Source: Eledone cirrhosa
Lineage: Eukaryota
Assembly: GCA_964016885.1 (NCBI GenBank)
Contig: OZ024741.1
Span: forward strand, 155,558,001 to 155,622,000
DNA length: 64,000 nt
Reading direction: 5' to 3'
Each line of letters begins with the position of its first letter. Position 1 is the first letter of the stretch. The position numbers and the translations under genes were made by a program. This document shows, piece by piece, positions 55,323 to 64,000 of this stretch. The notes below the pieces were generated by a model. The model saw only the letters and a list, made by a program, of their open reading frames with translations, searched no databases and was not told where the DNA came from.

Positions 55323-57265
55323 ATGGATGACTCAGAGTCACTCCTTCCTCACAAACTAACACGTCACACCGACACCACCATTGTAAATATTACTACGTTT
55401 GCCAACACTAAGAATATAAGCAGTAGCAGTATTTTAAATTTGTCTCAGGCAGACATTCATTTCCCGCCATTACCAATGACTGCAGGTGTTAAAGCCGTCA
55501 CCACCACTACCACCGCGACAACCACCACCTCCACCACCACCGCGACAACAGAAACAAAAGAAAAAAATAAATTAACTCGTGATATCGAAATGAATTCAAC
55601 CAAAATGAACTCTTCCACACCGAACACCACTGACGCCACCACAACTGAAACTAAAATTAATAATAACAAAAATAACGATAACAAAAACAGCAACAATGAC
55701 ATTAAGAAAATCACCCTGAGTTTTGCCAGAGTAGCAAAACAGTGCGAAGCATTTCATGTAACTCAGGGGGGAATTAGAAGAAGCCCAAAAAATGGTAAAG
55801 AAAGATGGGTACAGGGTCAGCCTCACCCCCCACCTAATAAAATGGAGCATCGGCGCCTATGCACCGTGTCTTATCGAACAATTGATATAAAATCGCGCCG
55901 AGTGGAACGGGCATCCGAGTCTCAAATCCAAAAACTTTGGGACATGTGTGGGAAATAAAACCCACATCAGACGTGGGCAGAAATATGAAACCGTGGACGT
56001 GTTCTTTGAAACACCACAGGAGGCTAGAGAACACTCCATGGCCCCATTAAGAAGTGACGACTTCACACTCGTCCCAAGCTATTGTGGCCAGAGACTCGTA
56101 AAGATCAGGGTGACCCACGTTCCACCGGCCATCGAAATTCCCAGGCTAATAGCTGCCGTCCTCGCCGGCATCGAAGCCAACACCAAGATAATTGAAATAG
56201 CGAAAGAAAAGCAGGAGAACTGGTCCGGATCAGGGATGGAGCTCATGATCCACACGGACCAAAAAAGCATTGAGGAGATCCCAGAGGTAATAGACCTCGC
56301 TGACGGCAGCCACCTCACCGTAATCGTCGAGGGCAGAAGGCCTAGGTGTGTCGTTTGTGGTGAAGGAACCCACCTAAGGGCTTTCTGCCCTCAGGCTAAA
56401 AGGTTGAGGCCACCTCTCTTACCCACCCCAGTGACTCAACCATCAACACCACCAGCAGCAGAGATGGCAGCAACAACTGTAGAAGCAACAACAGAAGCAA
56501 CTGTAACAGCAACAACCCCAGCAACAGTAGCAAAACCAACACCACTACCACCTAACGCGCCAGAACTAGCACCAGCGCCTACACCATCCACCACGCCACA
56601 AACAAAACCAACGCCTGTGGAGGATTTTCCACTCCCCGGCCTATCACAACTGGAGACAGATTGTGACGACGAGGAGTGGGAAACGGTATCAGGAAAAAAG
56701 AAAAAAAGAAACCAAAAAAGAAAAAAATTCTCTTCCCTCCTCCTCCAAAAACAAAATACAGAGGGAAACAAATAAACTATCAAACAAAAAAGTTAGGACA
56801 TATATGTCACCATCCACACCAGCATCACCAACCCTATCACCACAAACCCCAAAACCATCACCATCATTAACCCCAACAGCACCATAACCAACACCACAAA
56901 AGTCACCAAAAAGCGAAACAGAAACAAACCCACAACAAACGCAAACAAAACAAAACAACCAAAACGATACACACTACACAGCATTAAATTTGAACAACAA
57001 GCAATTATTACACTACATCCAACACAACACCAGCATCACAGAAAAAGACTACACAACAACCCAAAGGTTCACACCACCTCCACACATCCAAATCACTCGC
57101 ATCACACAGAAAACGTACATGACACTAAAACAAAAATTCCCCAAAGACATCGGAGACTTCCGACAAACAGTCACCAGGAGGATTTATAAGGACATCCTTC
57201 CGGAGGAGGCCACAAGCTGTGAAAATGATGGAGAAACCATCCTTCCTCAACGAGAAGTAAGGTAA
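55323..57265 (+). pseudogene. Tx1 ORF1 (gag-like), frameshifted
   Basis: VIVEGRRPRCVVCGEGTHLRAFCP (CX2CX4HX4C), Pro/Thr-rich spacer, EWETVSGKKKK. Confidence 0.8.
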
Positions 57266-57299
57266 GTGGTCTTTCCCATCTTTTCCACTCCATTTCAAC

Positions 57300-60259
57300 A
57301 TGACCTCACTCAGAATAGGCAGCATAAATGCGCGTGGCTTGGGGTCGTCATGGAAGCAGGGCTACCTGCTCAACGACCTCAGGTCACTAAACATAGATGT
57401 AGTGGCCATCAGCGAGACCAGAATCTCCGAAGCACAGGCCTTCGCACCGATCTTCGGCGGCTATGATGTGTACGCACCTCCTAGCCGTCCGGGATCGGGG
57501 GGAGGAGTTGCTGTGCTTTTTTGGAGAGGTTTGGATCTCGCCACAAATTCGTGATCTGTGTGCTTGACTTAGATAGGCTTCATAGACGAGGACCCGGCTA
57601 CTGGAAGCTAAATGCGTCCTTACCAGCGCGCAAGACCTACAGAGACCGGATTAGCGAACTAGTTAAGTGGGCGTTGACGGGGGCCATCGTCAACAACAAG
57701 TGGTGGTTTGCTCTGAAAAGAGCAATTAGAATAGAGAGTCCATTAGGTTTAGTAAGGCTTTAGCAATAGAGAAAAATAGAGCAGAGGTAGAATAAGTTAG
57801 AAAATTAGACGAGGTGCTTAGCAAAGGCCTCGCGACCGACGTACTTGCGGCGAAATTGGCCCCCTTGACCAATTCTTCAATGCAAAGCACGAACGCTGCG
57901 TTGTCAGAGCTAGGGTGCGTGCTCTCAGACACGAGGGGACGAAAGCCGTTCAATGGGCCCGAGTGGCGGAGGCGCGTCGTGGCAACAAAGCCACGATCCA
58001 GTCTTTGGTGGACCACGACGGGCGCATGCTACTCGATCCCGGGCAAATGTGTGAAGCTTTTCAGCGACACCTCGCACAGCTGTTCGGGGGCAGCGGCGGG
58101 CCGGATCGGGGGATGGATTTTAGTTTCTACCACGACGGACTGCCGCGGCTCTCGGCCACTGAGGCGGAGTGTTGCGAAAAGCCGATAACAGCCGTTGAAG
58201 TACGGGAGGCAATGACTGGCTGCACAAGGGGTAAATCGCCTGGTTTGGATGGTCTGCCCTATGGACTTTACGTACAGATTCCAAACTTGTTCGGAGGCCT
58301 CTTGGCGGACGTCTACTGCAACTGGCAACAGGACGGGAAAATTCCCAGCTCTGTGAGCCGAGGAGCTGTGGCGCTGCTGAGAAAGGATCCGAACAAGGGG
58401 GATAACATAGATAATTTCAGGCCCATAACTCTGCTAAACACAGAGTTCAAGATTTTGGCCAAGTTGCTAGCAAAGAGGGTGGCGCTTGTCGTTGGTGGTC
58501 TGGTGGCAGAAATGCAGACATGCGCCATTCTCGACAGATCCATCCACGACAACTTCCACCTCATGCGATACATCGTAGAGAGGGTAGCTAGGGAATCTGG
58601 CACGGGTGGGTCCTTGATCAATTTAGATCAGTCGAAAGCTTTCGATAGGGTCGACCATCGTTAGCTAGCGGCAGTCCTGAGGGGGGCTGGCTTTGGGCCC
58701 GTCTTCAGAGGCTGGATCGCTGCTATGCACAGCGACATCTGCTCTGTGGTGAGAGTGAACGGTCACTTTTCGGAACCGTTCAACATCATGCGCTCGGTCC
58801 GCCAAGGATGTCCCCTCTCGTCCCTCTTGTACGTCTTGACTCTTGAGCCATTACTGCACAAACTTGAGACGTTGAGGGGGGGGGGGTCCCGCGCGAACTA
58901 GGATGCGGAAGATCCATGTCAGCATATGCGGACGATGTCACCGTAGTGGTGTCGAACGCCAAACACATCGAGGCGATCGGCACTACACTAAAAGAATACG
59001 AAGCGGTGACAGGGGCAATGATCAACCAGGAAATGTCTGGTCCATGCCGTCCAACAGCGTCGTCGGGCGCTGGACGGACGGACCGGTTAAATTGCTAGGG
59101 GTCTGGTTCGGTCCGGACCTCCAGACGGACAAAAACTGGGACGAGGTGACGAGCAGGGTGGCTTCTCTCACCCAGAAATGGGCGGCAGGAAGCTATCCCT
59201 GAAAGGTCGAGCGGAGGTGGCTAACGCGTACATCGCGTCCGTCATCTACTACCGCCTAACCGTCGTACCTTGTCCTAAGCCCCGCCTGACTACGCTGGAG
59301 CGTTTGCTCTTTCGCTTTTTGTGGAAGGGACGCGCTCCGATGGTTAGGCGGTCCATCTTCTGTCAACACCCACTACGTGGAGGGCTGGGCATGCCTGGCT
59401 GATGATGAGCAGACACGCGCTCAGTTTACGACATCTCCACCTCTTCCTCGACGGTGATCAGGTGTGGTCGCCGTTTGCTAGACACGTATTTTCCCAGCTC
59501 GTCTCCTTGACGGATCTGCAGTCCTGGGTCAAGCGAAGACCGAGAGGGAGCGCTTGGAGACTGGAATGTCTTCAGGCGCTCACAGCCCTCGACCAATCGG
59601 GCAATGTGATCGGTGGAAACTCCACTTTGGCGTTCTATAAAGGATTAATGGAGGGGAAGAGCGACGACGTACTTGGAGAAACTCTAGGCGTCGACGAAAA
59701 TCAACTAGCCAATTTCTTCGGAAGGACTTTCGGGCCTGGGCCTATGGACAACTTCCAGAAATCCCTGGCCTGGCAGTGCAACCGAGGAGCTTTGCCAGTT
59801 CGGGATAAACTCTACAGGCATGGAGGTGCCGTCAGCCGGGCATGTCCGAGATGCGCGCATGGCGACGAAATCGTCCTGCATGCACTCGTCCAGTGTCCGA
59901 GCATTGCTGACTTGTGGGTTTATGTCGAACAGCTGCTGTCACGTGTAGGACGGATCCGGCTATCAGCTGAGTCCATCGTGAGGATTGCCCCGCCCTCTTC
60001 TTTTAGCCTGGAAGGGCAGGCAGTTTTTATCTGTCTGGTGGCCATGGCGAAAGAGATAGTATGGTGGACACGTTTGAAAGGGCTGAAGACGAACACTTAC
60101 CTCTTCGGTGATGCCCTGATTAACTTTTTCAAATTTCATTTGAAAAGGGAAATCAGGGTAGTGTGGGAAGTGCTCTCTTCCCAGCTTTTTGTTGAAAGAT
60201 GGGTGAAAGAAGCAAGTATGGCCCGAGTGAATGGGTCTACTCTGAGTATGTGTCTGTAA
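57300..60259 (+). pseudogene. Tx1 ORF2 (APE endonuclease with internal deletion near 57545, RT, Zn knuckle), several frameshifts
   Basis: SINARGL..ISETR, GPGYWKLN, KSPGLDGLP, NFRPITLLN, LDQSKAFDRVDH, VRQGCPLS, AYADD, GGLG, CPRC..HALVQCP. Confidence 0.9.
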
Positions 60260-60500
60260 ATTAAAGGTGGAAAACTGGGAGAGGGCACTTGCCCTGGTGG
60301 TCAGGGTGACTGTGGTCTTTTAATGGGCTTTCTCCACAAATGTCCCTCGGAAGTCTCCCCCTTTGGGGAATTTTTCTTTATTATTTTATTACATCCTCTG
60401 TTTTTTTTACACGCAGAAATGCCCAGTTGTACCGTCCTGTATTGTCCTGTATTGTCCTTAATGTTTACTTTATGTAAACCCTTGTGGTTAATAAAGAAAA

Positions 60501-60558
<58 letters not shown>

Positions 60559-60559
60559 G

Positions 60560-61385
60560 TTTTCCTTTTTCCTTCCGTATTGTTTGTGATATGTGTCGAG
60601 TGTCTTCCTTACATCTGGGGCAAATATATTCATTGTATATATTGGTAAGCCAGTTAATACACCACATTGAATATAATTTACAGGTTATCATTCTTACAGA
60701 GATAGTGCTATACTCACACCCACACACAACAACAAAAACGAGGAGGCATCATTCTCACAGAGACAGTGCTCTTCTCAATATGTCGGCAGTACCAATCAAC
60801 ACAATTTTTTGCACCTCTTGCAGAGAGTGTAAACCAGGAATGATCCTCAAATACTGTTCTGTTGCTTTCTTGATCATTCCCAGTTATCCCACAATAATTG
60901 GTATTGTAACGGCCTTGAGGTGCCACATTTTCTCGATTTCAATAAGCAGATCTTTATATTTTCTTAGATTGTCGAAATCTTTTGCCGCGATATTGTGATT
61001 ACATGGGATGCCCATATCAATCAATAAACAGACCTTGCTATGTTGGTTATTTTACAATGATATCTTGTCTATTTGCTTTAATAGTCCCGTCAGTATGCAC
61101 AGGAAAGTCCCAAAGAATTGTTACTTTTCCTCCCTCAGTTACAACCTCAGTAGCAGCAACAATGGCAACAGCTTCCTCAGTCTGTCCAACCTGGGGATCA
61201 AGCATTAGATCAATAGCAAATTGTTTGCTCTCCTTCAATATAGAATGAAGCTTCTTTCTTCTTTCATGTTTTTCAACAATATCAGCATACAGTCGTTTAT
61301 TGCTTCAACGTATATGGCCAGTCCAAAGAAAAATTGTCACTATGTTCAGAGAATTATCAGATTACTTAATCTTTCTTCAGCGACT
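60560..61385 (-). mobile_element. R4/Dong-type 3' fragment (RLE), internally deleted
   Basis: VTILWDFPVHTD..ANRQDI; KYKDLLIEIEKMW..IPIIVG..QKIVLIGTADILR; 3' end faces (TTA)n. Confidence 0.8.
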
Positions 61386-61412
61386 CTAACTCAAATCGTA
61401 CAGGCTATAGTG

Positions 61413-61567
<155 letters not shown>

Positions 61568-61574
61568 GTGTGTG

Positions 61575-61795
61575 TGTAAAAGGTAAACAGAAATAACAAC
61601 ACAATCGATCCAGTATATGGAAGGAATATATTAGGTTAACGCTTGATAGAGCAGGAAGAGGGTCTTAACGTTTCGGATGCTAGTCCTTCATCAGAAGAAA
61701 GAATGAGAAATAAGATAAATTGAAGGGACGGGCGGGGTGGAATTGGAAAAATATCTTTAGATTAAATAACAGGCCCATTCATATTGACATCTCTA
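61575..61795 (-). mobile_element. Solo pLTR of the 44501-45315 Penelope family, hammerhead at 61663-61698
   Basis: Reverse complement of about 45105-45310. Confidence 0.8.
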
Positions 61796-61932
61796 GGTAT
61801 TAAAGGTACAAATTAGTTGCGTCCGAGGCGGGATGCCGAATGAGCACTCAATGCTCATGGGGAGCAGAGTATCAATAATATTAATATATAAGGGAACAAA
61901 GAATCAGTGTTGCATCGTATACATATTTAATT

Positions 61933-62024
61933 ACATATTACATATGTTTCACTTTCGAACAGCTCCAGGGACGATCGATTAATGATCGAACCTGACTCTG
62001 GAATCGGAAGCTTCTCAGATATGT
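61933..62024 (-). ncRNA. Hammerhead motif (long stem II family)
   Basis: ACATAT-CTGAGAA-GCTTCCGA...TCGAAAGT-GAAA-CATATG-TA-ATATGT. Confidence 0.68.
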
Positions 62025-62059
62025 GTTAACATGGAGACTCGCGACCGACATGCACACAC

Positions 62060-62123
<64 letters not shown>

Positions 62124-62214
62124 TTGGTAAAATCCAGTACTTCAGTATGCGGATAGGGAGCACTCAACGAAGATATAAGTTCCGGAGTTATAATAGTGAC
62201 GAATGACATATGAT

Positions 62215-62380
62215 ATGTCCCAAGGCTCTGATACCATCAACACTATACACACAGAGCTGGCATATCTAAGAACTGACTAACTGCCTGGTGAGGTCATAGC
62301 CATTCAATGGCTATCATCGAAATATATATAGCAGTAAATAAAGGATTATGAGTTCATGCAATTGACTTATGTTTCGTCAC

Positions 62381-62383
<3 letters not shown>
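62215..62383 (+). mobile_element. Second copy of the ~165-bp hammerhead mini-element (motif 62280-62335)
   Basis: Same start and end as 7509-7673; ACTGC-CTGGTGA-GGTCATAGCCATT C AATGGCTATCATC-GAAA-TATATA-TA-GCAGT. Confidence 0.8.
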
Positions 62384-62416
<33 letters not shown>

Positions 62417-62689
62417 TGATTGAGTCCCCCGTCGAAAACGACGTGTGAGTGTCAACAGAAGCTAAAGGTAAAGTTCCCAGGCAAGAAACAATTAGTGGAT
62501 TTCAGCAAATAAAATGTCTCAAAATCTTTTCATTTGGTGAACAGGCATGTTCGAATTTCAGTCCTGTACCATTTTTACAGGGGTGGCTACAGACACAGCT
62601 TAACAAGTTATCCAGATTTTCAGAAACGATATATGTCCTGGGATTACTCTGTTACCCAGAATTTGACCTAGCTGAAAAAAGTTGCTATG

Positions 62690-64000
62690 AAGACAATGAT
62701 CATTTGTAGAAAGAATTGTATTTTCGATTTACACATAACTGGTCTTGATAATGAATGTTCTTCTTCAGAGTTAACAAGCTTCATATGGCATTGCTTCCTC
62801 CACTCACTCCTATTATTGGCAACATTTCCAAACTGCCAGCTGTTAATATTCATATTCACACGTTTCAAATTATCTCTAAGCTTGTCTTTATAGCGAAGTA
62901 GTCGTCGGCCTACCTTTCTACAATAAACTTTTATTTGAACACATAAGACTTTCATTATTCATTCTCAAAACGTAAGCACACTACCTCATCTGAAATTTGA
63001 GCAATAACGTTTCTATTCCACAAATATTGCACTGCGATAGCATTTCGCTATTTTTCAATCTTCCATTCCATTTTACACCGCAGATCTGCTTTAGACACCT
63101 CATATGGAAACTGCTCATTCGATTTATGGGCTTACGGTAAGGAGTTCAGAACCTTCCATAATGTCGCGTGATACGGTGTCGAAGGTTTATTGTGAGATCG
63201 AAAAAGACTACATACAAGCTTTTGTCATGTTCCCGAGCCTTTTCCTGTACATGTCGCGAACCGAAGATCATATCTACAGTTCCACGGCCTGACCTAAAGC
63301 CACATTAACTTTCAGGGTAAATGTTAGGCACCAAGTTTTAATTGATTCGTGCAAAGACTTTTCCTGCAATACAAAGTAATGATATGTCTCAGTGGTTGTC
63401 ACATTCACACCTATTGCCTTTGTGTTTGTACAGATGAATAATTATAGCATCCTTAAATTGCTGGAGGACGGATCCAGAGTTCCAGATCTGCACAAGAAGT
63501 TCAGTGAGTTTCTGTATCAGACTATTGCTTCTACACTTTCTCCAGGTTTGTCATTCTCACCAGGAGCTTTCTCATTTGAGAGTTGTTTAATTGCTGCCTT
63601 TACCTCTACTGTTGATGGAATCCATATTTGGTCTCTGAGAACAGCCTTTTCTACCACGTTTCTATCATGATTTAATACCCTGTTGAGTACTTTTTAAAGT
63701 GCTCTGCCCAACGCCTTATTATTTTCTGCCGATCTGTCAAGAGATCACCAACAGCTGATAGGATGGGAGAGCATCCGCCCCTGCTTGGGTCAAATACTTC
63801 ATTCAAATTTCGATGAAAAGACTTCATGTAATGTCTGTGAAATGATTCCTGAACAGCTTTCGCTTTTTCATCCCACTATTTTTGCTTCATGTTGGTTGAA
63901 TTGTGTTCTTTGCCACTTTGTAATATGTTTTTTTCTTTTGAGAATTATTTTTGTTCGCTATGCATTTCTAGTGTAGCATATGCATTTATTGAACTTCCCT
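62690..64000 (-). pseudogene. Degenerate RTE-clade LINE RT
   Basis: KAPG, FKDAIIIHLYKHKGNR..DNH*DISLL, YPES*CGFRSGRGTVDMIF..QEKAREH, RYKDKLRDNLK..ANNRSEWR. Confidence 0.82.

Larger units (their letters stand above)
55110..60501 (+). mobile_element. Full-length Tx1/L1-type LINE inserted in (TTA)n
   Basis: ORF1 with CCHC knuckle; ORF2 APE + RT + Zn motif; AATAAA at about 60490; (TTA)n at 55003-55109 and 60503-60557. Confidence 0.9.

Overview
AT-rich, microsatellite-dense animal genomic DNA. The (TA)n/(CA)n/(TAA)n density and SINE body suggest a cephalopod such as Octopus (inference). It has one 200-N gap and no prokaryotic features. Almost all long ORFs are from transposons: five R4/Dong-type RT+RLE LINE copies or fragments (one intact but for a 1-nt homopolymer frameshift), a full-length Tx1/L1-type LINE plus three fragments, several RTE-type LINEs with C-terminal C2H2 fingers, five Penelope-like elements (three Naiad-like, two Neptune-like), Helitron pieces and more than ten tRNA-derived SINEs. 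Signals the ORFs do not explain: (1) about 16 minimal hammerhead-ribozyme motifs in at least 7 families, including short non-coding elements in (TA)n and fold-backs; (2) a 3' terminus shared by the abundant SINE and the Tx1 LINE; (3) a MITE with 100-bp TIRs carrying a TTAGGG array; (4) a TGA at a conserved Cys of a Naiad endonuclease; (5) possible exons of a small secreted Cys-containing host protein. All alignments and folds were done by eye.
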